DNA from: Nitrospinota bacterium
Lineage (GTDB): Bacteria > Nitrospinota > Nitrospinia > Nitrospinales > VA-1
Length of the DNA: 64,000 nt
Reading direction: 5' to 3'
NCBI GenBank assembly: GCA_027619975.1
Contig: JAQCGX010000009.1
Coordinates: forward strand, 5,813-69,812
Part shown: positions 29,244-39,698 of the stretch, in pieces
Layout of the letters: every line of letters begins with the position of its first letter
Position numbering within the stretch: the first letter of the stretch is position 1
Program-made: the position numbers and the translations under genes
The notes under the pieces: model-generated
Databases searched by the model: none
The model's input: the letters and a program-made list of their open reading frames with translations, nothing else
What the model was told of the DNA's origin: nothing

Positions 29244-30161
29244 TTAATTATCTAAAAGACTATAAAAGGGTTTTAAACTTGTTAAAATAATTTCGGCTTC
29301 CTCTTTAGGGTGTTCATCAAACGTTTCTTCGATGCGGCTCCATGTTTTTTGAATGATGTCGTAATTGCGTTGCTCTTTCGGTTTCTGAACAGATTCAGCC
29401 AGTGAATGGAGAGCGTAAATCATTTCCTTCGTTTTAACGGTTTCTTTGGCCACCCGCATTCTCCATGCTTTCCGGGCGACAACATCATGCGATGAGGGAA
29501 TTTGATTTTCCACTTTTTTTGCAAATTTTACCCGTTCGATGATTCCTTCATGCACTCCATTTGTAACAGTCTCATCGATATGATTTTCATTCATTTTGTC
29601 AAACATAATATGGATTTCCTGTAACACTTTTACCAAATGCATTTGATTGAGGGTTTCTCTGTCGATGCCATATTTTTCCTGCAGCTGGTCAGGACTGATC
29701 GAATTTGTGGTTTGCATCTCTACATCCAGAGTTTGAACCAGTTTGTCCATCATAGTCTCAAGATTTTCTTTATGCTTTAATGCCGTTTGTTCAATTCTGG
29801 CTTTAAATTCTTCGCTATTGCCCTTCAGGGTATACAACTGTTGATATTTTGTAACCATTTCCTGAATGATCAAATCCATTTCTTCATTTATTGTAGAAAG
29901 AACACGAATTTTACGATCTTCATTCAGGGTAAGTAGAAATTTAAGTCTGATTTTTTTTTCTATATTTAAAAGTTCCTTCGATATCCCCCGTAGCAATTTT
30001 TCATAAGAAGCATAAAGTTCATCCAGATGTTCTATGGAGTTTTTTTTATTATTTTTAGTTTGACGAATATTTATTTTCTTAGAGCGGACAGAATTTTCCT
30101 GAATCAGGGTAAATAGTTGTTCCCGGCACATTGTGTCAATTTTGGCATCTAGATCCTCCAT
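29244..30161 (-). CDS. hypothetical alpha-helical protein
   Basis: 305-aa charged, helical ORF. I recognise no family. Confidence 0.45.
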   Translation of the reverse strand: MEDLDAKIDTMCREQLFTLIQENSVRSKKINIRQTKNNKKNSIEHLDELYASYEKLLRGISKELLNIEKKIRLKFLLTLNEDRKIRVLSTINEEMDLIIQEMVTKYQQLYTLKGNSEEFKARIEQTALKHKENLETMMDKLVQTLDVEMQTTNSISPDQLQEKYGIDRETLNQMHLVKVLQEIHIMFDKMNENHIDETVTNGVHEGIIERVKFAKKVENQIPSSHDVVARKAWRMRVAKETVKTKEMIYALHSLAESVQKPKEQRNYDIIQKTWSRIEETFDEHPKEEAEIILTSLKPFYSLLDN

Positions 30162-30213
30162 AGGACTCGTTCTTTCTTTCCAGTAAAAATGATATGATTG
30201 GTTATATATCGAA

Positions 30214-31014
30214 TTAATCCGAAGCTGATTTGACGCACCGACACCCTATTCCATAAAAATCCTTGGCATCATTATATCCGTAACGACTGCTCGACCGCAT
30301 ATATCCCGACAGGCTATTCCAGGCGCCACCTCGAATCACATGGTATTTTCCATTCTTAGGGCCTTTGGGGTTTTTGGATGGACTGATCTCGTAGTAATTT
30401 TTATCATACCAATCATATACCCATTCAGCAACATTTCCAGCGAGGTCATAAATATTGTCCGGAGTTTTACCCGCTGGCAGTTCCCCTACCTCCTTAAATA
30501 CCTGCCCTTTCATGACGAAGCAACAACGCCCGAAATTGGCTTTGGAAGGATCTGGGGGTTCATTTCCCCAAGGATAAAGCCGACCTTCCTGGCCTTTAGC
30601 GGCTCTTTCCCACTCCGCTTCCGTAGGAAGTCGTTTTCCTGCCCAGGCACAATAATTTTGACAGCGTTTCCAAGTCAGGCCAAATACAGGTTTATGAGTC
30701 ATATCCGGACGCACCTTTCGTCCATACCAACCCGTGATAGTAGGATGCACCTTGGGTTGATCGTCCATGTAGGCCTCAAAATCTTTGCCCGTCACTTCAT
30801 ATTGATCCATATAATAGGCGTCCAGTGTCACTGAATGAGAGGGACGTTCATCTTTCCGCCCACTCTCCTCCTGGTTCCCCATGATGAATTCTCCAGCGGG
30901 AATCAGAACCATTTTTGACCCTCTTTCAGCCGCCGCTATCAATGGAGCCATTACAAGAGTGATGGCCAGAATTAAACATAAAATTAACATCCGCGGCATG
31001 GGTTCAAACTCCAA
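30214..31014 (-). CDS. formylglycine-generating enzyme (SUMF1/FGE-sulfatase domain) family protein, secreted
   Basis: 266 aa with a signal peptide, MVLIPAGEFIMG, YMDQYEVT, RLPTEAEWERAAKG, GNVAEWVYDWY, VIRGGAW, and GIGCRCV. Confidence 0.85.
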   Translation of the reverse strand: MEFEPMPRMLILCLILAITLVMAPLIAAAERGSKMVLIPAGEFIMGNQEESGRKDERPSHSVTLDAYYMDQYEVTGKDFEAYMDDQPKVHPTITGWYGRKVRPDMTHKPVFGLTWKRCQNYCAWAGKRLPTEAEWERAAKGQEGRLYPWGNEPPDPSKANFGRCCFVMKGQVFKEVGELPAGKTPDNIYDLAGNVAEWVYDWYDKNYYEISPSKNPKGPKNGKYHVIRGGAWNSLSGYMRSSSRYGYNDAKDFYGIGCRCVKSASD

Positions 31015-31165
31015 TTAAAAATATTGTACCTCTCTGGCAGAGGTATTATTATAAACAGTGATATCGCCTTCGTCAGGAGAAAATTTTTTATTATCTCCAG
31101 GGGTGATCTTTACTCCTGATTTATATTTCCCTCTCGGTCAGGCCAACCCTTTTACAGAAACTTTT

Positions 31166-31654
31166 GTGAGACTCATCAAAAAAATTGAAAACATTCTGGG
31201 AAGAATCGAAGCCCTCTCCGTTACATTATTGCTTTCTCTGATGATTCTCTTTTCCTTCACACAGGTCCTTCTACGTAATTTTTTTAATGATGCTATTCTG
31301 TGGGCGGATATTTTTACCAGGCAATTGGTATTATGGGTCGGTTTTTTGGGCGCTTCTCTTGCCGTCCGCGAAAACAAGCATATCTCCATTGATTTCCTCC
31401 CAAATATTCTACCCAAATCCTGGGGGAATTTTATTCAGTTTACCGTCAACCTGACAGCCGGAATTGTCAGCGGTTTTTTGGCCTTTGCAGCCTGGCGGTT
31501 TGTGCAGTTCGAGATGGATGGACAGGCCACGCTTTTCCTCGATACACCTGCATGGGTTTTTCAAGTCATCCTCCCTTACAGCTTTGGAATTATTTCAGTC
31601 CGGTTCCTTCTAAAAACAGTGCAGGTTATCCTATCACCAGAGAAGCCTAATTAA
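31166..31654 (+). CDS. TRAP transporter small permease (DctQ family)
   Basis: It has four hydrophobic helices and LLRNFFNDAILWADIFTRQLVLWVGFLGA. The start is uncertain: GTG at 31166 chosen here, while the ORF track starts at 31058. The stop abuts the dctM ATG. Confidence 0.7.
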   Translation: MRLIKKIENILGRIEALSVTLLLSLMILFSFTQVLLRNFFNDAILWADIFTRQLVLWVGFLGASLAVRENKHISIDFLPNILPKSWGNFIQFTVNLTAGIVSGFLAFAAWRFVQFEMDGQATLFLDTPAWVFQVILPYSFGIISVRFLLKTVQVILSPEKPN

Positions 31655-32929
31655 ATGACCCTTCTCCTTATTGCGAGCATTGTCTTTCTGGCCTTCCTGG
31701 GTACCCCTTTGTATGCCATCCTCGGTCTTGCCGCCCTGCTGGCGTTTCATTCCGCCGAAATTGATCCGGCGGCCATATTTATCGAATTGTACCGGGTGAC
31801 GAGCAATCCCACTCTTGTAGCGATTCCACTATTTACTTTTGCCGGGTTTATCCTTGCCAATGGGAAAACTCCCGACCGGCTGACCCGGCTTTCGCAGGCT
31901 TTTTTGGGCGGACTGACCGGCGGCGTGCCTTTGGTCGTCTTGGTTGCCTGCGCATTTTTTACCGCCTTCACGGGAGCCTCCGGCGTAACCATCATTGCTC
32001 TCGGCGGGCTTCTCTATCCCTTGATGATAAAGGAAATGTACTCAAAGAATTTTTCCCTTGGGTTGATGACTTCCTCCGGGAGTTTGGGTCTTTTATTTCC
32101 GCCCTCCATCCCCTTAATTCTATATGGTCTCATCGCCCAGGTGAGCGTGGATCAATTATTTTTAGCGGGGATCGTTCCCGGTACTTTGATGATTGCCATC
32201 ATCGGCGCTTACAGCATCTTCAAAAGCAAAAGCTTGCAAATTAAGCAAAGGGCGTTCCAGTGGAATGAGGCCATCAGCGCGTTACGCGAAGCCATTTGGG
32301 AAGTCCCCCTGCCATTTATTATTTTATTTGGAATCTATGGGGGCATCATCACCGTGGGAGAAGCGGCGGCGGTCACGGTGGTGTACGTGATTGTCGTAGA
32401 ATCTTTCATCTACAAGGATCTCCATCCCCTCCGCGATCTGCCGCGAATCATGCGGGAGAGCATGGTGCTGGTGGGCTCCATTCTTATTATATTGGGAACC
32501 GCAATGGGGTTCACCAATTACCTGATTGACGAGCAGATTCCCATGCAACTGCTCGACACCATGAAGCTTTACATCCACGACCCCTTGACCTTTCTCATTG
32601 CACTGAATGTGTTTCTGCTGATCGTGGGCTGTATGATGGATATATTTTCAGCCATCATCGTGGTGGTTCCGCTGATCATCCCCATCGCCAAGAATTTTGA
32701 CGTCAATATGATTCATCTGGGAATCATATTTTTGACCAACCTCGAAATCGGATACTCGACGCCACCTGTAGGCATTAATCTGTTCATCGCAGCATCCAGG
32801 TTCCATGAACCCATCGTCAAACTTTATCGAGCCACCCTCCCCTTTCTAGGCCTAAGAATTCTGGGTCTTTTGGCCATCACCTATTTCCCCTTCCTCAGCC
32901 TGTTTCTACTGGATTGGTTTAAAAATTAA
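31655..32929 (+). CDS. TRAP transporter large permease (DctM family)
   Basis: 424 aa, polytopic, with typical DctM length and layout. It directly follows the DctQ-like gene. Confidence 0.85.
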   Translation: MTLLLIASIVFLAFLGTPLYAILGLAALLAFHSAEIDPAAIFIELYRVTSNPTLVAIPLFTFAGFILANGKTPDRLTRLSQAFLGGLTGGVPLVVLVACAFFTAFTGASGVTIIALGGLLYPLMIKEMYSKNFSLGLMTSSGSLGLLFPPSIPLILYGLIAQVSVDQLFLAGIVPGTLMIAIIGAYSIFKSKSLQIKQRAFQWNEAISALREAIWEVPLPFIILFGIYGGIITVGEAAAVTVVYVIVVESFIYKDLHPLRDLPRIMRESMVLVGSILIILGTAMGFTNYLIDEQIPMQLLDTMKLYIHDPLTFLIALNVFLLIVGCMMDIFSAIIVVVPLIIPIAKNFDVNMIHLGIIFLTNLEIGYSTPPVGINLFIAASRFHEPIVKLYRATLPFLGLRILGLLAITYFPFLSLFLLDWFKN

Positions 32930-33144
32930 GAATCGTTTAAAAATTTAAGCTCGGCCCCCTCAGCCAACTTTGCCACAATATCGGGCTACCAATAGGCAAG
33001 CTCTAAACCACCATTTCTAAAGGGTTCTGTTAATCTCGGTTTCTCAAAGGCTTTGATCAATAGATTTGACAAAATTGACTTCACCCGCCAATATTATTAG
33101 TTCCACTCCACTAATATAAAAATCAACGGGATAGATCTAAATCC

Positions 33145-34053
33145 ATGAACCGACGAAGTTTTTTAAAATCAATCGCTGGATTTACGGTTGGAATAGCCGG
33201 AGCTCATCTGGCGCTTCCTATAACAGCAAAATGCAAAATGCTTGCTCCGGTTACGGAAATTGTCGGCAAAACTTTTTTGGATCGACGAATCAAGAATAAT
33301 ATCGCCAAACTGAAACAGGCCAATCCCTGGTTAAAAATCGGAGAAACCCATTGCCATTCCATTTATTCAGACGGTACCTTTACGGTAGATCAGATCATGA
33401 ACCGGGCCGCAAATTTAGGACTGGATTTCTTAATCATCACAGAGCATGTCACGCCCAAATACTTCCCTCTTGAGGATAGCCTGACATCTATCCAGGAGCG
33501 CTGGCGCTGCTGCCAGGAGTGGAAAAATCCGAAACTGTCTCCCATAGATGTATATCCGGCCTTTGAAGTGAGTACGGAGCAGGGTCATTTGATTCTGGTG
33601 ATGGATCAGGATTACCTGAAACCCCATAATCTAAGCGATCTGAGAATTCAATTTTCTTCATGCGAAAAAAAAATGGTTTCCATGGAAAAAGCGGCTAAAA
33701 TGGTTGAGCCATTTGGAGGGGTTTCAATCATTCCCCACCCAGATATTGAACGGAGCTACCCGTTTGGGGTTCCCATCTCGTTTGCAAAGCAAAACCTGAC
33801 GGGATTGGTGGACGCCATTGAAGACATATCAACGGGGCACGGTTTTGATGAAAATTACTCAAAGGAACTCGGAATGGCCTCCATCGGCTCCAGTGACGAC
33901 CATTTCAATCTTATCATTGGAACAACGGTGACCGGGTATGACTCCCGCCGCCACAAAAATTTCCTGTCTGCCGTCAAAGCCCGTGACACCCAGGCCATCA
34001 AAGTGAATGATTCTCTCGATGATCTCATGGACATGGCACGAATAATTTTATGA
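33145..34053 (+). CDS. PHP-domain metal-dependent phosphoesterase with Tat signal
   Basis: 302 aa with MNRRSFLKSIAGFTVGIAGA, the PHP motif ETHCHSIYSDGT, and ITEH and HPD motifs. Confidence 0.65.
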   Translation: MNRRSFLKSIAGFTVGIAGAHLALPITAKCKMLAPVTEIVGKTFLDRRIKNNIAKLKQANPWLKIGETHCHSIYSDGTFTVDQIMNRAANLGLDFLIITEHVTPKYFPLEDSLTSIQERWRCCQEWKNPKLSPIDVYPAFEVSTEQGHLILVMDQDYLKPHNLSDLRIQFSSCEKKMVSMEKAAKMVEPFGGVSIIPHPDIERSYPFGVPISFAKQNLTGLVDAIEDISTGHGFDENYSKELGMASIGSSDDHFNLIIGTTVTGYDSRRHKNFLSAVKARDTQAIKVNDSLDDLMDMARIIL

Positions 34054-34054
34054 A

Positions 34055-34585
34055 ATGACAAAACGGATTTTAAAACCTTCCCCTACTGACCCGATCCGCT
34101 ACACAATTATATCCACCCCATTGGGCTTGACGGGAATTGCAGGTTCCCCTAGAGGGCTTTCAAAAATTATCCTGAAACTGCCCGGCGAATCCGATTTTAA
34201 AAAATATTTACAAAAATCCCACCTGGGCAACTTCGTATCGGACCCACCCTTCTTCGAAAATATAGTAAAACAATTGAATCTATATTTTGCGGGAAAATTG
34301 AAGAGCTTTACCTGCAGGATGGATTTAACCGGCGGCACACCCTTTCAACAAACGGTCTGGCGGCAATTGTCCACCATTCCTTATGGTAAAACTCATAGTT
34401 ACCGCACTCTGGCTGAAGCCATCGCCCACCCACAGGCGTTTCGGGCGGTTGGCAATGCCAATGGGAAAAACCCCTTGCCACTCATCATCCCCTGCCATAG
34501 AGTGATCCGGGAAAATGGAGCGCTGGGAGGATATACCGGAGGATTGTCTATTAAAAAGTTTCTGCTGGATTTAGAAAGTACCTGA
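34055..34585 (+). CDS. ogt: methylated-DNA--protein-cysteine methyltransferase
   Basis: 176 aa with the active site IIPCHRVI, plus TPFQQTVWRQL and YGKTHSYRTLA. Confidence 0.9.
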   Translation: MTKRILKPSPTDPIRYTIISTPLGLTGIAGSPRGLSKIILKLPGESDFKKYLQKSHLGNFVSDPPFFENIVKQLNLYFAGKLKSFTCRMDLTGGTPFQQTVWRQLSTIPYGKTHSYRTLAEAIAHPQAFRAVGNANGKNPLPLIIPCHRVIRENGALGGYTGGLSIKKFLLDLEST

Positions 34586-34586
34586 A

Positions 34587-35345
34587 ATGCCATTATATCG
34601 GACCCGGGGAATCGTTTTACGCAGCTTCAACCTTTCTGAAACGGACAAACTCGTCACGTTCATGACCGAACGTTACGGCAAGATCAAGTGTGTTGCCAAA
34701 GCGGCACGAAAAATCAAAAGCCGACTCATCGGTTCTCTGGAACCGATGTCCTATGTTCACTTGATCTATTTCGGCAAGGAAAATCAGCAACTCCATCGCC
34801 TCAATCAAGCAGATATCATTCTATCCTTCCAAACGGTTCGCGAGGATTTTCTAAAACTGTATACTGGAATCTATATGAATGAGTTGGTGGACTGCATGGC
34901 TCCCGAGGGCCATCAGGAAGTAAACATTTTTAATCTTCTTCTGGATTCGCTGGGAGCCCTGCAAAGCCAGACCAATCTGGAGCCTCTGTGCAGGATGTTT
35001 GAAATACGTCTTTTGTCACTTTCAGGATATCGACCGGAATTAAACCAATGTACAATATGCCGCTCCAAAAGTGTCGATGGATGGATAGGATTCAGCTATA
35101 ACAGACGCGGCATCGTTTGCGCGACCTGTATGAAGACAAATGAATCTGAGATAAAGCTCACGACGGGAACGTTGAATTATTTAAAGAAATTGCTCACTCT
35201 GGATATCAAATGTTCGGGCAGGCTTAAGTTTCCCAAGGGAATGGATGAAGAGATTGAGAAGGTCACTCATCGGCTCATTCGGGCGCATGTTGGGCGAGAA
35301 TTGAAGTCCTATCCCTTCATCAAACAAATGGCTGCAATCGGGTAA
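34587..35345 (+). CDS. recO: DNA repair protein RecO
   Basis: 252 aa with an N-terminal OB fold (RGIVLRSFNLSETDKLVTFMT) and a Cys4 zinc motif (CTIC...CATC). Confidence 0.85.
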   Translation: MPLYRTRGIVLRSFNLSETDKLVTFMTERYGKIKCVAKAARKIKSRLIGSLEPMSYVHLIYFGKENQQLHRLNQADIILSFQTVREDFLKLYTGIYMNELVDCMAPEGHQEVNIFNLLLDSLGALQSQTNLEPLCRMFEIRLLSLSGYRPELNQCTICRSKSVDGWIGFSYNRRGIVCATCMKTNESEIKLTTGTLNYLKKLLTLDIKCSGRLKFPKGMDEEIEKVTHRLIRAHVGRELKSYPFIKQMAAIG

Positions 35346-35368
35346 CCATTTTACTAAAAAGGAACGTC

Positions 35369-35752
35369 ATGGCAAAAGTAATCATCAAAACAGAAAATGC
35401 GCCGGCGGCTATTGGCCCCTACGAACAGGGAATCGCCGCAAATGGTTTTTTATACACTTCCGGGCAAATTGCCCTCGAACCAGGGACAGGAAATTTTCGA
35501 CAAGGTGAAATCGAAGAGGAAACCGAACTGACCATTAAAAATATCCAGGCTATTTTGGAAGCGGGGGGATTGTCACTCAAGCATGTTATCAAGACGACGG
35601 TGTACCTTACGGATCTGAATCATTTCGCCCGGATGAATACGATCTATGAAAACTTTTTCTCCGAGAGCAAACCCGCCCGCGCTTGTGTTCAGGTGGCCGC
35701 CCTTCCCAAAGGGGCCAAAGTTGAAATCGAAGCTATCGCCGTTTCCCACTAA
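35369..35752 (+). CDS. ridA: RidA/YjgF family reactive intermediate deaminase
   Basis: 127 aa with APAAIGPYEQGI, YTSGQI, and PARACVQVAALPKGAKVEIEAIA. Confidence 0.9.
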   Translation: MAKVIIKTENAPAAIGPYEQGIAANGFLYTSGQIALEPGTGNFRQGEIEEETELTIKNIQAILEAGGLSLKHVIKTTVYLTDLNHFARMNTIYENFFSESKPARACVQVAALPKGAKVEIEAIAVSH

Positions 35753-35776
35753 TAGTTCCCAGGAGCTCCTTATTTT

Positions 35777-36025
35777 ATGGCAAAAAAAACAGGACAAAGA
35801 AATTTTTTCCGGGTCATGACCTTGATCGGAGTGGTTGTTATTGGTGGGCTGGGATACAGCTTTTTAGTGGCCGCTCCCAAATTGAATGATTCGGAATACC
35901 ACAAAACTCCTTCATCCACGGAAACCTGTCTTCAATGTCATGTACGAAATGTGGATAAGGCCCCCATCATGCCTCACCGTCCCATGGGTTCCTGCACCTT
36001 CTGTCATCGGCCCAAGGAGCAATAG
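35777..36025 (+). CDS. small membrane-anchored diheme c-type cytochrome
   Basis: 82 aa with one N-terminal TM helix and two CxxCH motifs (CLQCH, CTFCH). Confidence 0.6.
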   Translation: MAKKTGQRNFFRVMTLIGVVVIGGLGYSFLVAAPKLNDSEYHKTPSSTETCLQCHVRNVDKAPIMPHRPMGSCTFCHRPKEQ

Positions 36026-36042
36026 CATTTTCGAAATAAACG

Positions 36043-36065
36043 ACCTCGCCACAAGCGGGCGAGGT
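36043..36065. terminator. hairpin between convergent genes (possible bidirectional terminator)
   Basis: acctcgcc-acaagcg-ggcgaggt lies between the cytochrome stop (36025) and the ugd stop (36130). Confidence 0.35.
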
Positions 36066-36129
36066 GTCCGACAAAGTTATTTTTAATAATGCTTGGCAAA
36101 CCACGGGAGATAAAACCTACTTGTGGGAT

Positions 36130-37512
36130 TTAAAAATGTTGCAGTGGAGGTTTTCCAATCGGAAAAACGTTGAACCCGATTTCATGAAGTTTTTGATGGT
36201 CCAGATGATTTCTTCCGTCAAAAAGAAACGCTGGTTTTTCCATAGAATCAAAAATTTTCTTGTAATCCAGGGTTTTGTACTCCTCCCATGCCGTCATCAG
36301 GGCAATGCAATGAGCGCCTTTGGCCGCTTCGTAAGGATCTTCCACATAATCTATATTATTAAGTCCAGCAAGATCTTTTTTTGCATTTTCCAAAGCGTGC
36401 GGGTCGGTAATACTGAGGTGCGCCTTTTCTTCCACTAATTGCTGGCTTAAGTAAATCGCAGGGGTGTCACGGGTATCTCCGGTATCCGGCTTGAAAGCAA
36501 ATCCAAAGACTGCGATTTTCTTGCCCACCAAAGTATTGAACATGGCTCTGAGTATTCGTTTGACAAACCGTTTGACCTGATAATCATTGATTGATACCAC
36601 CTGCCGCCAGAAATCGGCGATCTCATTCAAGCGATAATATTCGCAAAGATAAACCAGGTTAAGGATATCCTTCCGAAAACACGAACCGCCAAATCCGATT
36701 CCAGCCTGGAGAAATTTTTCGCCGATGCGGCTGTCCTTGCCCACCGCAAAAGCCACTTCACTCACATCCGCTTCTGTAGCTTCACAAATGGCGGAAATAC
36801 TATTGATGGATGATATGCGTTGCGCAAGAAACGCATTGGATACCAATTTAGACAGTTCACTACTCCATAGATTGGTAGTGATTAACTTTTCTTTTGGAAC
36901 CCAGTGGGAATAAATTTTCATCAACTCATCCCTTGCAACTCTTCCCGTTGGAGTATCTTTTGAACCAATCAATACTCTATCCGGATTCTCCATGTCGTTG
37001 ATAGCCGTTCCTTCGGCCATGAATTCCGGATTGGAAAGAATCTCAAAATGCACGGAATTGTTTCCTGAGTGCAAAATCGCTTCCAGTGCTTCTGCGTTGC
37101 GGACAGGAAGGGTGCTTTTTTCTATGACGATTTTGTCGGACTTTGAGTTTTCCTTTATGCGCCGTGCAGTCAGTTCCACGAATTGCAGATCTGCCGCCTT
37201 GCCCGCGCCTTCGCCAAATGTTTTGGTCGGGGTGTTGACCGAAACAAAAATAATATCAGCTTCGGCAATTTCCTTGTCAACTTCGGTGGAAAAAAATAGA
37301 TTTTTCCCTCGTGACTTTAAAACCCGTTCTTTTAAGCCAGGCTCATAAATAGGAAGACTATCTGAGTTCCAGGCATCAATTCGAGGTTTGGCAATATCGA
37401 CGATCGTGACTTTATAATCCGGGCATTTATTGGCGATAATGGTCATCGTTGGACCGCCTACATACCCCGCACCAATGCATACGATTTTCTTGTAAAAATT
37501 ACCATTGCTCAT
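36130..37512 (-). CDS. ugd: UDP-glucose 6-dehydrogenase (long form)
   Basis: 460 aa with [10 protein letters not shown], the catalytic region [10 protein letters not shown], and [15 protein letters not shown]. Confidence 0.92.
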   Translation of the reverse strand: MSNGNFYKKIVCIGAGYVGGPTMTIIANKCPDYKVTIVDIAKPRIDAWNSDSLPIYEPGLKERVLKSRGKNLFFSTEVDKEIAEADIIFVSVNTPTKTFGEGAGKAADLQFVELTARRIKENSKSDKIVIEKSTLPVRNAEALEAILHSGNNSVHFEILSNPEFMAEGTAINDMENPDRVLIGSKDTPTGRVARDELMKIYSHWVPKEKLITTNLWSSELSKLVSNAFLAQRISSINSISAICEATEADVSEVAFAVGKDSRIGEKFLQAGIGFGGSCFRKDILNLVYLCEYYRLNEIADFWRQVVSINDYQVKRFVKRILRAMFNTLVGKKIAVFGFAFKPDTGDTRDTPAIYLSQQLVEEKAHLSITDPHALENAKKDLAGLNNIDYVEDPYEAAKGAHCIALMTAWEEYKTLDYKKIFDSMEKPAFLFDGRNHLDHQKLHEIGFNVFPIGKPPLQHF

Positions 37513-37542
37513 CAGCGACCACGTCAGGAAATTTTAAATGGA

Positions 37543-37583
37543 TAAAAAAAAGAGGTCTGACCTTGAAAAAAGGTCAGACCTCA
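37543..37583 (-). terminator. rho-independent terminator of the tetraheme cytochrome gene
   Basis: On the minus strand gaggtctgacc-loop-ggtcagacctc (11-bp stem) is followed by TTTTTTTT. It lies 20 nt past the stop at 37604. Confidence 0.8.
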
Positions 37584-37603
37584 AATTCAGTAAGGAAAAA
37601 TAA

Positions 37604-38440
37604 TCATTCCTTATAATTGTAAGTTTTTGTCTTTGCTGTGTAAGGCATGGATTTAGATTTAAACAAAAGTTTATCCTTCTTTACAGCAAAGTCTTCGATC
37701 AAGAGAGGTTTCTTTTCTGATATAGCCACCTCTTTTTTGCGATCCTTAACTTTTTCAAGCTTTTGGTCCATATTATCTTCGTTCCAGTACTTGTCCTTGT
37801 CGTGAACCTTCAACTTGCGTTCTTCAAAGTTGAACTTATACTTGTCATGGACTTCAGGCTTAAAGGGAGTATTTGGGTGGGTATGACACCGCGTACAGAC
37901 ATTGGCGTAATCCCATCTCTGTCCATACTTTTCAATGTCGGCCTTTTTAAAATCTCCCTTGGTGTTTTTCATGACAACCCGGAACTGGGCTCCGCCGGCA
38001 ACCGAATGACACATTTCACAGCCAACCTGTTCTAAATTTGGTTCATCCGGGTCTATCTTTGTGGCGACTACTTTGCCCTTTTTATTCTTAGTGCCAGCCG
38101 GCTTGAATCCCCCTGCTTGCATATAACCGGTAGTGTGGCATCGCAAACATAGCGGAGTGGTGGTATAGTCCTTTTGCGGGTCCAGCTTGACCCTTTTTTT
38201 AGCTTCTTCACGGACTCCAGGTTTCAGCAGGTTAAAGGTGCCACCATGAGGAGAGTTTTTCCAACCCTGGTAATAGGCGTCGTGGCAACTTCCATTACAT
38301 TTGACAGCTCCCACATAGGATGGCTGCGCAGGGACTTTCTTTTTTTTACTTTTCCCTTTTGCATCCGCTTCTCCGGCCGCACTGATTATCAAGGCAAAAG
38401 AGAGCACAACCAAACTTAAAAACTTTAACGTCTTCCCCAT
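37604..38440 (-). CDS. secreted multiheme cytochrome c (c554-like), four heme motifs
   Basis: The start at 38440 (MGKTLKF) is preceded by GGAGGAG. The protein has a signal peptide. Heme motifs are CNGSCH (CX3CH) plus CLRCH, CEMCH and CTRCH. Confidence 0.75.
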   Translation of the reverse strand: MGKTLKFLSLVVLSFALIISAAGEADAKGKSKKKKVPAQPSYVGAVKCNGSCHDAYYQGWKNSPHGGTFNLLKPGVREEAKKRVKLDPQKDYTTTPLCLRCHTTGYMQAGGFKPAGTKNKKGKVVATKIDPDEPNLEQVGCEMCHSVAGGAQFRVVMKNTKGDFKKADIEKYGQRWDYANVCTRCHTHPNTPFKPEVHDKYKFNFEERKLKVHDKDKYWNEDNMDQKLEKVKDRKKEVAISEKKPLLIEDFAVKKDKLLFKSKSMPYTAKTKTYNYKE

Positions 38441-38611
38441 TATCTCCTCCAATCCACTTTCCAAAAATAATTCCTTTTACAGGTTAACTGTCGAAGAATA
38501 ATATATTTACTTAAAGGGGTCAACCACAATTTAGGTAAGTAATTGTAAATGCTATTTTGACGCCAAATTTCCTGCATCTCATAAAATTTCATTAGAAGGA
38601 AAAATGTTTCC

Positions 38612-39658
38612 ATGAAGTTAACCGATTTCGATTTTGAATTGCCCGAAGAACTGATCGCCCAGCGACCGGCGTTGCGACGAGACCAGTCCAGGCTGATGGT
38701 TGTGAGCCGACAAACGGGCACAGTTATTCACGATGTCTTTAAAAATATATGCAAATACCTGCCCCATCATCCTCTCATGGTATTCAATGATACAAGGGTC
38801 ATTCCAGCAAAAGTATCCGGGTTCAAAAAGAATACTGGCAAGCAAGTAGAAATTATCCTGATCCGTGAGCAGGAACCTGACGTCTGGGATGCCCTGGTAA
38901 AGGGGCTGGGAAAAATGAAACCAGGCGCAGAATTTATCCTTTGCGGAGGAGCCCTCACCGCTATTTTTAAGGGTCGGAATGACAACCGAGGAATGTTCAA
39001 ATTAAACTATAAGGGAGATCTTCGGTCTCTGTTAAACAAATCAGCAAGAATGCCCCTCCCCCCTTATATCCGCCGGGAACCCCATGATAACGAAGAAACC
39101 CGTGAAATGGATGGAGAGCGCTACCAAACCGTTTACGCTGCCAATGAAGGGGCTGTTGCGGCTCCTACGGCGGGATTGCATTTCACCCCTGAGTTGATGG
39201 CAGAAATAGGCGCAGGAAAAGCCGATCTGGCATTTTTAACCCTTCATGTCGGAATCGGGACTTTTTTACCCATTCGCGTTCAGGATGTGCGCGATCATCA
39301 AATGGAGAAGGAACGTTTTATACTCTCAAGAGAGACATGGAATCAAGTCACTGGAGCCAGGAAAAAGGGGCAAAAGGTGCTGGCGGTGGGAACGACGGCA
39401 ACTCGCGTGCTGGAGTCGCTAACCTTTGATGCTCCCACTCAAAAAGAAGTCTCGGGAGAGACTGATATATTTATCTATCCGGGAGTAAAGTTCAAGATGG
39501 TAGACCAGTTATTAACCAATTTTCACTTGCCCAAGTCAACACTCTTCCTACTGGTCTGTGCATTTGCAGGTACAGACCTGATGCGCAAAGCCTATCAAGA
39601 AGCCATCAGCAAACAATATCGGTTTTTCAGCTATGGTGATGCCATGCTGATTCTTTAA
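38612..39658 (+). CDS. queA: S-adenosylmethionine:tRNA ribosyltransferase-isomerase
   Basis: 348 aa with MKLTDFDFELPEELIAQRP, PLPPYI, TAGLHFT and AVGTTATR. Confidence 0.93.
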   Translation: MKLTDFDFELPEELIAQRPALRRDQSRLMVVSRQTGTVIHDVFKNICKYLPHHPLMVFNDTRVIPAKVSGFKKNTGKQVEIILIREQEPDVWDALVKGLGKMKPGAEFILCGGALTAIFKGRNDNRGMFKLNYKGDLRSLLNKSARMPLPPYIRREPHDNEETREMDGERYQTVYAANEGAVAAPTAGLHFTPELMAEIGAGKADLAFLTLHVGIGTFLPIRVQDVRDHQMEKERFILSRETWNQVTGARKKGQKVLAVGTTATRVLESLTFDAPTQKEVSGETDIFIYPGVKFKMVDQLLTNFHLPKSTLFLLVCAFAGTDLMRKAYQEAISKQYRFFSYGDAMLIL

Positions 39659-39698
39659 GATGGCTTCTCCCTACCCCCCTCCCACGACAGAGGTTTTT

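Noticed and set aside
38440-38721. 93-aa minus-strand ORF
   Set aside because: It spans the promoter region of the cytochrome gene and the start of queA on the opposite strand. It has no motifs.
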